Below, in pieces: positions 37,740-51,304 of a stretch of 64,000 nucleotides of DNA. A model generated the notes under the pieces. It saw nothing but the letters and a program-made list of their open reading frames with translations. It ran no database searches and was not told the origin of the DNA. The translations under genes were made by a program, and so were the position numbers. Source of the DNA: Octopus bimaculoides (taxonomy: Eukaryota); the NCBI RefSeq assembly GCF_001194135.2, contig NC_068981.1, positions 137,366,761 through 137,430,760 of the forward strand, in the 5' to 3' direction. The stretch's first letter is position 1; each line of letters begins with the position of its first letter.

Positions 37740-38032
37740 TCTTCCCTACACGCTCTGTTCTTCCTCTCTCTCTCTGTCTCTCTCTCTCTTTCTTTCATTC
37801 TTTCCTTCTCCCACACTCCTCTAGTTTCCTTCCTCTCAGCTGTTGTTAACTGATTTTTCAATCTCTCTCTCTCTCTATATTAAAACATTTCATTCTTTTC
37901 TCCATTGCTACTTCGCCACCACTACTGCTACCACCACCACCACCACCACCACCACCAACAACTTCAAATTTCTTCACAACTCTCTCTCTCCCTCGCCTTC
38001 CCTTTCCCCTCTCTCTCTCTCTCTCTCTCACC

Positions 38033-38084
<52 letters not shown>

Positions 38085-38096
38085 CTATCTATCTGC

Positions 38097-38142
<46 letters not shown>

Positions 38143-38147
38143 GTCTG

Positions 38148-38192
<45 letters not shown>

Positions 38193-38305
38193 TGTTTTTC
38201 CTGGAAGCCCCCGATACCCGAAGCAGCTGGTTTTGCTACGCTGCTTGCTTCAAAGAAGGCAGAGGCAAGTGTGACGTCGTTATTGTTGTTGTTGCTTTCG
38301 TTACG

Positions 38306-38341
<36 letters not shown>

Positions 38342-38784
38342 CACCACCACCACATGCAGCTGTCGTAGTAACAGTGGGGTTAGCGGGGGAGTGTTATTCA
38401 ATTCAAGGTAGCAGCAACAATCACTATCACAATTACAAGAACCAACGTAATTACGAACAAAAAACAAAAACAAAAATACAAAAAAAAAGAACTAAACCAA
38501 CTCCAAAAAAACCCCCCAAAAAAACAAAAGATTACAAAAAAAAAATTCATAAATAAAACAGTCGTAATATCACCAGCTTAGACTATTGATTTCTCACTTA
38601 GGGACAAGGTGTAATAATTATAGGAGTAAAAGGAAGAGGATGCTGCAGCGTTTGCGCATTTTTTTCCCCCTCTCTCGACAGCATTAACATATTTCTGAAG
38701 TAAAGCGTCCTACACCCGAGTACGAAACCGGATCTCCGAATCGGTTTGCCGGCAACTTTACTACTCTATAGCATTCGGCACTGA

Positions 38785-38857
<73 letters not shown>

Positions 38858-39110
38858 GTATGTATATATGGGTGTATGTATGTATGTATATATGGGTGTA
38901 TGTGTGTATGTATATATGGGTGTATGTGTGTATGTATATATATATGTATATATGGATGTATGTACGTATATATATGTGTGTGTGTTTATATGGCTGTATG
39001 TATGTACATATATACGGGTGCATGTATGTATATATATATAGACGTATATATATATATTTGTATATATATATATATATATAGACGTGTATTTATCTATCTC
39101 TGTGTGTGTT

Positions 39111-39146
<36 letters not shown>

Positions 39147-39285
39147 GATGTGTATACATATATACATATATATTAAATGTATGAAATGAAACTTTTGATT
39201 TCTGCAACAAAATGTTATGTATTTAAGCATATAAAAATATATTCAGTTATGTGTGTGTGTGTGTGTATATATATANNNNNNNNNN

Positions 39286-39338
<53 letters not shown>

Positions 39339-39640
39339 TAAGATATATTTATGTATAAAACATATATATATAATATATATAAAGCATATATATATATATA
39401 TGTTAAACATATATATATATATAATATATATAAAACACACACATATATATAATATATACAAAACATATATATAATATATATGTATAACATATATAATATA
39501 TATGAAACGTATATATATAATATATATATATATAACATATACATATATAATATATAAAACATGTATATGTATATATAATATATATATAAAATATTTATAT
39601 ATATATATATGACTAGTTTGAAACTTCCTCTCTCTCTCTC
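37740..39640. repeat. Compound microsatellite/low-complexity block: (TC)n, (ACC)n, (ATCT)n, (ACT)n, (TA/TG)n
   Basis: Directly visible. Confidence 0.9.
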
Positions 39641-39716
39641 TCTCTCTCTCTCTTCACATATATATATACATATACATATATAATATGGGAGAGGAAATGG
39701 GATTCTGGTAGCTTAC

Positions 39717-39940
39717 GTCGAGGGATTTGTTGATTTCTCACTGCATAATGTGACATCAATGAAAACCCTCTCGCTCGTCCTCGACGTACCAGAAAAAGCA
39801 CCAAAAATCTCCCTCAAATAACATACTCCTTTCTTTTTGAAAAATGCAGATGTATCGGATAATGTAACAGAAGAGTCATTCACAACTGGAGTGTCTTGCA
39901 ACATCGCTTAACAACAACTGAAACGTTGTTGATTTATTAG
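39717..39940 (-). other. Candidate first coding exon of an unidentified gene
   Basis: Acceptor TTTTGCGTCTCAG, ATG at 39904, 62 open codons, donor C|GTAAGC. No recognisable homology. Confidence 0.2.
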
Positions 39941-40194
39941 CTGAGACGCAAAACTTCAGATATATTTCGTATAAATATAATGTTGTGACATTCATTCTTT
40001 TCTCTAGAGCAGCGTTTGTCAGAATAGGTTCAAAGGAACCTTAGAATTCTGTGAAAAACTTTTGGGTCTGCTATGAAATAAGCTACCTTTAATACGATTT
40101 AATAAATATAAAGTTTATAAAATATAAAATATAAAATTAAAATTCAAAAAATGACGAGACACCATTGTCAAAGTTGTTTTATTATATTCTTTAA

Positions 40195-40390
40195 ATTGTT
40201 TTCTTGTTTCCGTCATTGGTCTGCGGCCATTCTGGAGTATCACTTTAAAGGGTTTAGTAGAACAAATCGTTCCCAAGTACTTATTCTTTTAAAGTTCGGT
40301 GAGTTTCTTCTGTCGAACCGCTATGTTACGGGGACGTGAACAAACCAACAACGATTGTCAAGCGGTGTTGCTGGACACAAAAGCGCGCAG
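40195..40390 (-). mobile_element. SINE family A, body and tail
   Basis: CTGCGGCCATTCTGGAG...CGATTGTCAAGCGGTG. Confidence 0.7.
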
Positions 40391-41188
40391 ACCCACCCAC
40401 ACACATATTTATTATCCGAAATGTATAGTATTAAATATTTATACGAGTGCAACCTTTCCATGACTTATGGTCACTTTCACGACTCACATATGTGTGTGTA
40501 TATATATANNNNNNNNNNNNNNNNNNNNNNNNNNNNNNNNNNNNNNNNNNNNNNNNNNNNNNNNNNNNNNNNNNNNNNNNNNNNNNNNNNNNNNNNNNNN
40601 NNNNNNNNNNNNNNNNNNNNNNNNNNNNNNNNNNNNNNNNNNNNNNNNNNNNNNNNNNNNNNNNNNNNNNNNNNNNNNNNNNNNNNNNNNNNNNNNNNNN
40701 NNNNNNNNNNNNNNNNNNNNNNNNNNNNNNNNNNNNNNNNNNNNNNNNNNNNNNNNNNNNNNNNNNNNNNNNNNNNNNNNNNNNNNNNNNNNNNNNNNNN
40801 NNNNNNNNNNNNNNNNNNNNNNNNNNNNNNNNNNNNNNNNNNNNNNNNNNNNNNNNNNNNNNNNNNNNNNNNNNNNNNNNNNNNNNNNNNNNNNNNNNNN
40901 NNNNNNNNNNNNNNNNNNNNNNNNNNNNNNNNNNNNNNNNNNNNNNNNNNNNNNNNNNNNNNNNNNNNNNNNNNNNNNNNNNNNNNNNNNNNNNNNNNNN
41001 NNNNNNNNNNNNNNNNNNNNNNNNNNNNNNNNNNNNNNNNNNNNNNNNNNNNNNNNNNNNNNNNNNNNNNNNNNNNNNNNNNNNNNNNNNNNNNNNNNNN
41101 NNNNNNNNNNNNNNNNNNNNNNNNNNNNNNNNNNNNNNNNNNNNNNNNNNNNNNNNNNNNNNNNNNNNNNNNNNNNNNNNNNNNNNNN

Positions 41189-41697
41189 GGAAGCAAATTT
41201 CATGCCACACAGTCATGGACTGAGACCATACTGGAGCACCGCCTTAAAGGGTTGAATCGAACAAATCACCGTTAGTACTTGTTTTTTAAAGTTTTGTGCT
41301 TGTTCTTTCATCTTTTTCTTTCGCCGAACCGCTACGTTACGGTGTTACAGGGGACCTCTAACAAAGCAACACCGGTTATCAAACGGTGACGCGGGGACAA
41401 ACACGGGCGAAAGTCAGGAATACGACGTATTCTCGGTGTTTAAGGTTAGGGTTAGGGTTTATTGTTACGCCGAAAACGGGTAGTGCACGTATTCTTTACC
41501 TCCGCCCAAACGCGAACGCAGAGACCCACATACTCTCAAACGGCGGCCTTCTACATGGTTTCCGTCAACTAAATTCATTCACAATGCTATACTCGGACCA
41601 GGGCTATAAAAGACTCAAGGCCAAAGTGCCACGCAGTGGGAATGAGTCACAAAGTTCGTGGTAACTAAACAAACTTCTTAACTACACTACCGTACCT
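41189..41697 (-). mobile_element. SINE family A with nested MITE
   Basis: Body and head separated by a 103-bp insertion. Confidence 0.7.
41405..41507. mobile_element. 103-bp MITE-like insertion containing (TTAGGG)2
   Basis: 20-bp TIRs with 16/20 match; flanks AAACAC / AAACGC; GGTTAGGGTTAGGG inside. Confidence 0.5.
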
Positions 41698-43063
41698 TTA
41701 TAAAGTTATTACTTTTATTAAAAAGAATAAATTCTCTCTTTAATTAAAACAAATTTTATTTTATCTAATATTAAAATTTAGGCGGTCAGTACTACCTGTA
41801 AAAATTACGGACGGGTTCTGCGTTTTTTTGTAAATTACATAAAGATTCCTTAAAAAACTAACAGCTAGACTACAGAAGTTGTGATATAACCGAAGAGAAT
41901 CGTCTGCAGCGAGAAATACGTATTTATTTTCAAGGTACATAAAACTCGACTTTGTAGGAAAATGTAAAATTAGCTGGTTGATTCGTCCAGTGTCTTACGA
42001 GCATTGATGTTATTGACATAATAAGGGCAAAAGGTAAGTCGACGCTAGCGAGATTTGAACCCAGATGCATGTGGGATGACACGCAATACAACGAAGCAGT
42101 TAGTCCGACACACTACATACAGACTAGGCCGTCTCCGCCCCGTCCTCTTTACAACAAACAGCCTACACTCTTGACGTCAGCGATGAAAATGGGAGGATCC
42201 CAGCTAGCAACAGCAACAGACAAGTCAACAGCAGCAACAGCAGGAGCAGGCAGCAACCGCAGCAACAACAGCAGCAAAGCAGCAGCATACATCAGCATCA
42301 TTAGCAGCATTAGCAACAACAGCAATAAACTCTAGTGACTGTGCAGTTGAGAATAGTTAGTTACTGTCTGCCGCCGAACGACATCAACTTACATATTCTG
42401 TTAAGGTCGGTCTAAGATTACATAAAAGTACATGTGACTCAGAATAGATACAACACCAAGTTGAAGGTAGGCTAGGCAGGCAGACAGGCAGTGGCAGACT
42501 ACAAGAAGATTTCGTGTCAGTAGTTCAGATAAAGATGACGAACACAGGCAGCTATGCCATTAGGAAGGTTGGGTGGGGGTGGGGTGGGTATTAGTGGTGG
42601 CGGCGGTGATGGCGGTGGTGTGATAGTGGCGTCAGACAAAACGGAGGATGGAGGTGGGAGAGGAAATGGTCATCTATGGGAAGAATAAACGGAAATTCAG
42701 ACAAGAGACGTGTGTGTGTGATGGAGGGTGGTGGATAAGCCAGACAGACAGATAGATAGCTGGTACATAGATAGAAAGATAGGTAGACAGTATTGTATAG
42801 ATAGATAGATAAATAGATAGAATAATAGTAACAGACGATAATGGAAATAGAGACATGAAAAATAAAGAAATAAATAAAATTGAATTAAAATAAAATAAAA
42901 ATAAATTGTGAGGAAGAAGACAAAAAGAAAGAGTTTGAAGTGCGCTTGGATAGATTAATAAAACTAATAATTATGTAGAATTATTTCTAAATAGATTACA
43001 ACTTATGTAGACTGACGAAGAGAACTATGTAATTAGGTAAAAGACATAGTTGTAGTTGTTGCT

Positions 43064-43108
<45 letters not shown>

Positions 43109-43214
43109 GCGTTTTGGAGGTGGAGGTGTCGTCGGCTGTCTGTTATTGTTTGTTGATGTCTACATCTAATCCGAGGGTGATATGTAAATAAATGTATCTA
43201 TATGTAGATAAAGT

Positions 43215-43314
<100 letters not shown>

Positions 43315-43705
43315 GTGTGTATGTGTGTGTGTGTGTATACACACACACATATACACACATTTATGTAAATGTATACTTGTAATAAGAAAGTATGTGAATA
43401 TATTATACATAAGTTTGTAGAACGTATACGAATACAGATTTTATGTAACTAAACACGCACACACGTACACACTCATCCACATAGTCACACACACACTCGC
43501 GCGCGCATATATCATATACATACATACATACGCACACACATGTCATATGTTACTATAATTAATTTTATATATGTTTTATCTCACTCTCTCTCTCTCTATC
43601 TATCTATCTGTCTATCTGTCTACCTGTCTCTTTTCCTCTATCTCTTTCTCTCTCTCTCTATATGTATATATGCATAGATATCAGTCTATCATAGATATCA
43701 TATCA

Positions 43706-43757
<52 letters not shown>

Positions 43758-44182
43758 CACGTATATAGATAGACTTATCCATCCATGTATCCATCCAATC
43801 ANNNNNNNNNNTATATATATATATATATACAGACACGTATATAGATAGACTTATCCATCCATGTATCCATCCAATCATACATCCATCCATACATCATCCG
43901 ACTGTGTTGGAGTTCTTCAGTACCTGCCACACCTGTCTACTAATTCTCTCCAGACATCCAACTGTGAGTAACGAGATACAAAATAGCCATAAGTTATGGA
44001 CAATATTTCTTACTTTATACAAGGCATCGAATTAGCTTGCCCGTAAAGTAGTTTTGTGAGATTGTGCGCGCGAGTGTGTGTGTAGGAATCCCCTGCGTTA
44101 CAAGGGTAATATGTTCCTGAAACTCTTGTCGTAACGCAAAGTCCCGTACCACGAAATTAATTTTCTCTTTGATATTCATATC

Positions 44183-44414
44183 TATTTCTTTACTGCCCAC
44201 AGGAGGTTATACATAGAGGGGACAAACAAGGACAGACAAAGGGATTAAGCCGATTACATCGGCCCCAGTGCGTAACTGGTACTTATTTAATCGAGCCCGA
44301 AACGATGAAAAGTAAAGTCGACCTCGGCGGAGTTTGAACTCAGAACCTAATGGCAGACGAAATACCGCTAAGCATTTCGGCCGACGTGCTAACGATTTTG
44401 CCAGTTTGCCGCCT
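44183..44414 (-). mobile_element. CORE-type SINE family B with Tx1-like tail and 15-bp TSD
   Basis: TSD TTTGATATTCATATC at 44168-44182 and 44415-44429; tail TTTGTCTGTCCTTGTTTGTCCCCTCTATGTA...AGTAAAGAAATA. Confidence 0.9.
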
Positions 44415-45116
44415 TTTGATATTCATATCATAAAGTAAGAATGCGTTTCGACGAAGTTTTTTTTTTCTCGAACAACAACAACAAAAATAAACAGAAAATA
44501 ATTTCTAAACGTACTATGATATCTATACATAAAAACATTTGAAGAGAAATATATTAGAGAATAGATAAGAAATGTAATATTGTAATAGGGTACGTTCTTG
44601 ATTATTGTGTGAAGGGGTTGTGGTGAAATGAGAATAACTGGGAGGATGAGGGATACTATCTTCTGTCTTTTAATTAATTCAACATCTGCTTGATACTGAT
44701 CCAAAATTGTTTGATGTTTATGTTGGAGCACCACTTTGCACAGCTCGATGTAGAACTGAACTTATTCTAAACCACTTTGCGAGAGCCAACTCTTTAGCAA
44801 TACTCTTTGTAGCAGGACCGGATTAAGACCCAAAGAGGCCTTAAACACTTAAAAGGTTTTGGGGCCCTCAAGTATATGTAAATGGTTCAAAATGTAAACA
44901 AAAATAATAATTCAAGATTGTAAACCATAAAATAGATTTTTATTTTTCAAAATGAAACAAAACAGTAAGATGGAAAATAATGTTTTTTTGTTTTTGTATA
45001 CCTCCATTTTATTTATATTTGACAAGTTTTCTCCTTTATTTTTTCATTTTTTTTTTTTTTGCAAAGTGTTCGATGATATTGTTAAAATTATTTTTACGTA
45101 AAACTTCTGCTTCTAT

Positions 45117-45510
45117 GCTGTTGTTGTTAGCGCTCCGTCGCTTACGACGTCGAGGGTTCCAGTTGATACGATCAACGGAACAACCTGCTCGTGAAATTAA
45201 CGTGCAAGTGGCTGAGTACTCCACAGACACGTGTACCCTTAACGTAGTTCTCAGGGGAGATTCAGCGTGACGTAGAGTGTGACAAGGCTGGCCCTTTGAA
45301 ATACAGGTGCAACAGAAACAGGAAGTAAGAGTGAGAGAAAGTTGTGGTGGAAGCGTACAGCAGGGTTCGCCACAATCCTCTGCCGGAGCCTCGAGGAGCT
45401 TTAGGTGCTTTCGCTCAATAAATACTCACAACGCCCGGTCTGGGAATCGAAACCGCGATCCTATGACCGCGAGTCCGCTGCCCTAACCACTGGACCATTG
45501 CGCCTCCACT
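45117..45510 (-). mobile_element. SINE family C, complete, (CAA)n tail, 10-bp TSD
   Basis: TSD CTGCTTCTAT at 45107-45116 and 45511-45520. Confidence 0.92.
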
Positions 45511-48199
45511 CTGCTTCTATACTTAGTAGAGATAAGGCATTATGAATATTATTTTAGCAAGTTTAAAGTGATTTCTTTCGTGCCGTAAACCATTTTCATT
45601 TCTGTTGTGCCCCCGTCCTTTGATGCCCTAAGCACGTACTTATCTTATTTAATGGGTTAATCCAGCGCTGCTTCGCAGTCAATTTAAGTGGAGTCGGTGG
45701 AGTTTCTATATTCTCTTCTCTAAATCCCAGTTTGCTTCTGTTCTAACAACAAAAGTTCCTCATTAGATAAACTTTCTCCTTGGGTCACTAGCTACTCATT
45801 TGCATCAGCCTCGTTGACCCTACATCGTTTGCAAGTGACAATAGCTTACCGAATTTGATGTAGACTTTCTGCTTGTGGAAGAAACTTGTAAAGTATCCAG
45901 TACAATCTGGCCATTTATTTTCCAAAGCACAAATCAAACTTGAAGGTTTCGTATCATCCTGTGACTCAGCCATGTTATCCACATCATCCATTAAATTGAT
46001 TTTCTTTTTTAAAATCTCCCTAGTAATTGCTTTCATAGGTTACTTCAAAGTCCTTAGATAACATGATTTGAAATTAATTATCACAACTTGATCTATAGGG
46101 TAGGACTTGCATTCTTAGGCATATATTCTACTTTTACATTATCAGAAAGTTCATTTGAGTTCACTAGGTAGCTTAGTGAATCGTCCAAAAAAGAGCAATG
46201 CTCTGTTGGAAATATTACCTAGTACTCTACTTTCTACAGAAGGACAAAATGTGTTTGTCAGTCACTCTTCGAAAAAAATTCTTGGTCATCTGTATCGTCC
46301 ATTTAAATGCCAAATCAGAGGCGAATTAAACTTTGTGTAACTCTTGAAAACCCTTAGATTTTTCAAATGATATACGAGTGGGGACTTTAATTTCATATTA
46401 CCAGCGGCATTTCATCTCAGAAGAAGCATCAGGTGGCCTTTTTGAAGCTTTAAATTATGATGTTGCTTTTCTTTTCTTGAGAAATAAAAGTCCCAGCAAA
46501 CGTGAGCTTGCTAAAAAAGGTACCCTTTCATCAACATCCTATCTATTCTCTGGCGTGTAGCCCCATTGAAAAAAAATTTTTTTTTTCAGTTGCAGTATAA
46601 TTACTAGTAAGCCTGTATCACTACTGGCAGCTTCGCCAGTCATTTTTATGCTGAGCAAATTCAACCGCTTCTTAAACCTTTGAAACCAACCATTACTCGC
46701 CAGAAATGGTTTTACATTAGAAGCTTTACTTACTTTTGTCTGCAAATCGTCATACAAACATTTGGCTCAGTTTCTCTCTTCTACTTTTTCTGTCTTCGTA
46801 AGCTCCAGTGGTCCTCCGTTTCTCATCAGCTGCCGCCAGATTTTCTATCTGAGAGGATAGAAAACTCTGTTGTTTCTTTTAAATTTCTCTCCTGCCAACT
46901 TTTCGCTGAAGAGGAACGCTGTCCGAAACACTGTGCTTTCTACTCCCAACGGTATGTTCCCTGTACTCTCTTTGAGGATTTTACAACACACAACACACAC
47001 ATACACACATACACACATACACGTATATATACATATATATGCTTCTGTAGAGAGGTGGCAATCACCATAGTGTGTGTGTGTGTGTGTGTGTGTGTATTAT
47101 ATATATATGATTGTATATGCGTGTGCATGTGCAGACAGAGTAAAACTATTTCTTGTACGATCAATATAAGTGAAAGAATATATTCGGTCTAGAGCAATAA
47201 TATAACGATTTACAAGTACAGTTAAAACAAAGAGACACTCAGTAAATAAAATCATACTATTTATAATAGCGTTATATTTCAAAATGGTCTGACAGAAATA
47301 CAGAACGGACTAAACAGGACAAGAGGAGACAGATGGGATAGAGAGTCGCTGAAGAGGTCACAGGATGTGTAACAGAACATTTCAGACAAAGGACAGAAAA
47401 ATAAGAATTATAAATCTGAAGTGAAGAACAAGAACAATATAGTGCGTCTGCTTATTTGGCAAGAAAAAATGACCATCCTAAAATATATTAATATCTGTTT
47501 CAATACACGATTTCGCATCAGGAATCTGCAAAACAAATACACAAACGTAATATTTATAATAATATCTATGATATATTTCATGTATTCTCAATAGATATAT
47601 GGCCGTGAAAATATTCCGTAAAGTTCCATTAAGTTATATTGAAACCATTTATCTTCATGGAAGCACAATAAGGGCAACTCAGTTTGAGAGATTTCAGTGT
47701 TTTTGTTGTTGTCTATTGGACAGTTCCGGAGGTAAGGCTATAACCATAGCTTTCGTTTGATTGATGTCACTAACATTCTACTTAAAAAGCAGCAGAAAAC
47801 ATATGCAGAGAGGGATTTCCTGAGAAGTGACGTTCTGGAAAACAAGGACGCGGTGTAGCGTTTAGTGTGTGAGGGCCTGAGGGTTGAGTACAGCATAGGT
47901 GATGAGAGAAAGGGAGACAAGTATATTCAAAGAGCCAGAGTGGATGTTGTACGTGATGGCAGCCAGCTATGAACAGAGATCGATGTAATAACAGCAGAGA
48001 AGGTACATAGAAAAGAAAGCTCGAAATAAAAGAGGAAACAAAACAAAACAGAAACAAAAAAAACATGAATATTACAGGTGCAGGACTAGCTGTGTGATAA
48101 GAAGTTTGTTTCCCAACCATACGGTTCCGGTTTCAGTCCTACAACACAAGTACACATTTCAGTTTGGGAAATACCAGAGGAAGAATTAAATGCATTCAT

Positions 48200-49306
48200 T
48201 CATTTTTTTTTTCGTTGGAGGTCGGACCAATCAAGAAGCTGTTACCGTAGTAGAGCGAGATATTACGGTGAAGGTTGGGTACAAAGACTTTTGAAGAAAT
48301 TTAAAGAGTTTGATCTACAGAGTATGGAAATGTTGAACAGGAATAGTTTAACAATATGCTAACTGGAAACACTTGATTTCAATAACACTTTACAATAAGA
48401 CTATAGAGCTGAGCCCTGGTAACAGTGTTCGAATTCAACGGTCTAATAAACAGCATTCATTTGAATCGTTTGCTCATCATCTTGATAAGCCAGAGTTGCA
48501 AATGAAAGCTATTTGTGCAAAGACAATTCCTGCAGTAGACTACAACAGTGATCATCAGCTAGTTATGGAAATATCTGAGTCGAATTGAATAATAGAACAA
48601 GAAACATGATGCTAGATAAGTCATTGCTCAAAAGTGACGCTGAAATTCACAGGAATTCAATTGTGGAGGTGAAAAATGTATTTAAATGCGTTGGCAGATG
48701 TTCAGGCAACATCGAAAGTAGTCACGTCACAAAATAAAATGAACAGCAGAAGAGAACTGGATGACAGAAGAGATATTATAGCTAATGGGGAAAATAAGAA
48801 AATCGGAAAGGAAAAGAAAGGATTACAAAGAAATTGAATTAGTTTATTACAATGGACTGTAATGGGTATAAATGGTGAAGAAGTTCACTAATCACCGACG
48901 TGATATCAGGTTCAATTCCCCTGCGTAGCAACCGGGGAAAATGTTTTCTATAATAACCTGGAGTCGGATGAAGCCTCTTGACTAAAATTGGGCGGATGGG
49001 AAATGTACAGGTGACGTGGAAATTCGTCGTAGAGGTGATGCGTCGTTCTTTTTTCTTGTGGGGTAGATGTAATCCGTCACCCATTTCAACACCACCACCT
49101 GGTTCTTGGGTACCTTAAGTGAGAGTCTTCTCTTGCAAAGATTCTTCCTTCCTCCCTCTAGTCACGGACGCCTTGAAAAAAATGTCATAAGTGCTGCTTT
49201 TTTTCTCTTTGACAATGCCATAAAAAATGGGTACCAAAAATAAAGATGACTAAAGAATCAGTGTTATACAATAAACATGTCTAACCAATGGGATATCTAC
49301 CCATCA

Positions 49307-49339
<33 letters not shown>

Positions 49340-49378
49340 TGTATGTTTGTATGTCTATGTATACACATACATATACGT

Positions 49379-49418
<40 letters not shown>

Positions 49419-50550
49419 NNNNNNNNNNNNNNNNNNNNNNNNNNNNNNNNNNNNNNNNNNNNNNNNNNNNNNNNNNNNNNNNNNNNNNNNNNNNNNNNNN
49501 NNNNNNNNNNNNNNNNNNNNNNNNNNNNNNNNNNNNNNNNNNNNNNNNNNNNNNNNNNNNNNNNNNNNNNNNNNNNNNNNNNNNNNNNNNNNNNNNNNNN
49601 NNNNNNNNNNNNNNNNNNNNNNNNNNNNNNNNNNNNNNNNNNNNNNNNNNNNNNNNNNNNNNNNNNNNNNNNNNNNNNNNNNNNNNNNNNNNNNNNNAGA
49701 GAAATACTATAGAAAGAAACTACATCTCACGAGCCAATGAGGGATTAGTAACTAGAAATACCGGTCAAATCTCTCTCAATTGACACCCTTTTGTACAGGT
49801 TTCATTGGATAATGTAATTCCACTACCTTTAAATATAGTAATGTGAGTACAACTGGAATGTTTTTTCTCAAATGTGCATATGATTAAAGTTTTTCTAAGG
49901 CAGCCACCACCACCACCACCACCACCACCACCACTACGAAATAACAACAACAACAACAGAAACAACACTAGAAACATCAGCAGCAGCAACAAAAGCAACA
50001 ACTTCAGTAGTAACACAGCTTTCTTGGAGAGGGGATAGATTAGTAAAATTTAGAAGCATGACAGGTACAAAGATAACATGGCCAAGAATATCAAGGATTC
50101 CAACAGTAATGAATGAAAAAGTAAGAAACACCGAAACGTGTTCGACAAAGGTAGGAAACAGAACCTGATGACATAACAATAGAGAAATTAAGAGCGCCAT
50201 AATTGGTAGATGTTAACTGTCGTAGTCTGCTCCTGGAATTGTCCTAGAAATTAAGGAAAAAGGCCCTAAAATAACTACAAAAGACATTTGCAACAATGAA
50301 GATGTTCACAGAGATCTTCCAAACACTATATAGAATGCGAATCACATTGTTCAATACGTCTCAAGTATCTCGTGACTACAATTCTCCTGAGAATTATAAT
50401 GTTGAGGGCAAAAGAGACAGAGTTAAACCTGAAATTTAAGTCCCACATTGCAGATTTGTTGAAGTTAATAATACCACCGACGCCATTTGCATTTTGGGAA
50501 AATTAACAGAATTAACAGTAAAAGTAAAAGATAAAAGAAGTTAATGTATG
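48200..50550 (+). mobile_element. RTE-clade LINE remnant: APE endonuclease to RT N-terminus, interrupted by SINE remnants, microsatellites and a gap
   Basis: KTIPAVDYNSDHQLV (APE SDH motif); EPDDITIEKLRA; VKPEI..HCRFVEVNNTTDAICILGKL (RTE RT region). Confidence 0.75.
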
Positions 50551-51039
50551 TTTTATCGACTGACTCATAAGGTGATCACGCGTTTATTGGAAGTTCTGTA
50601 TTTTCTCGTGACTTATCCCCTAAGTCCCATTTAATAAAGTGTAGATTTATTTCATAACATTGATCGTTCAGTTAGGTTACTTTCGTTACTTTTAGTCAGG
50701 GAGACGGAACAAAGATGGAACGTTCTGGAACCTTTTCAGGATCTTACTGACTGGTGGAACCAAGGATGGGAGTTTCCTTAAATCAGAAACTTAACCCGAA
50801 TGTGAGTAACAGAGTGAACTCTGCTAAAAGAAACGAAATGTCATGTGTGGTGCTAAAACAGAATGATGGATTAAGTGTAGCACCCAAGAACAGAAACAAT
50901 TCTCGGATGAATTTCCTAACAATCTATAGTTTTCGTCCACCCAATTTCAAATAGAAAGTTTTGTCCGACTCTAGGTCATGGTAAAAGACACATGTCCAAA
51001 ATGCCGTCTATTACATCGCATTGTTATCAATTCACTCAG

Positions 51040-51300
51040 TTTTTATTAATCCTTTTGTTTTTCTTTTCGATTTTGTATTTTTCTCCATTAGGTTTTATAT
51101 TTCTTCTGTCGTTTATTGCTGTATTGCTGTTCATTTTGTTTGTGGTATAACTTCTTTCGACGCTCCCTGAACATCTGCCAGCTCGTTGTAATACATTTTT
51201 CTCTGCCACACTTTGGCATTCTTGTAAAGTTTAGTATCATTTCTGAGCAATAACCTATCTATCTTCATGTTTCTTGTTCTCTTATTCAATTTGAATCAAC
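51040..51300 (-). mobile_element. Inverted RTE linker fragment
   Basis: Reverse complement GGCAGATGTTCAGGG..CGTCGAAAG...AAAATGAACAGCA matches 48692-48748. Confidence 0.6.
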
Positions 51301-51304
51301 TATC

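Larger units (their letters stand above)
44083..46950 (-). mobile_element. Tigger/pogo (CENP-B-like) transposon remnant with nested SINEs
   Basis: FLASNGWFQRFKKR...TGEAASSD (CENPB-type HTH), then GYTPE...DETG and a degraded DDE_1 region. A possible TIR-like end lies near 44083; the left boundary is uncertain. Confidence 0.75.

Noticed and set aside
42205-42330. CAG/CAA-rich stretch suggesting a polyQ exon
   Set aside because: Frames terminate quickly and there is no coherent splice context; treated as low complexity.
43745-43880. Direct repeat on both sides of a 10-N gap
   Set aside because: Typical contig-overlap artefact.
46906-46935. CTGAAGA-GGA..TCC-GAAAC hammerhead-like core
   Set aside because: No stem I partner and a non-cleavable GUG triplet; lies antisense within the Tigger ORF, so likely chance.
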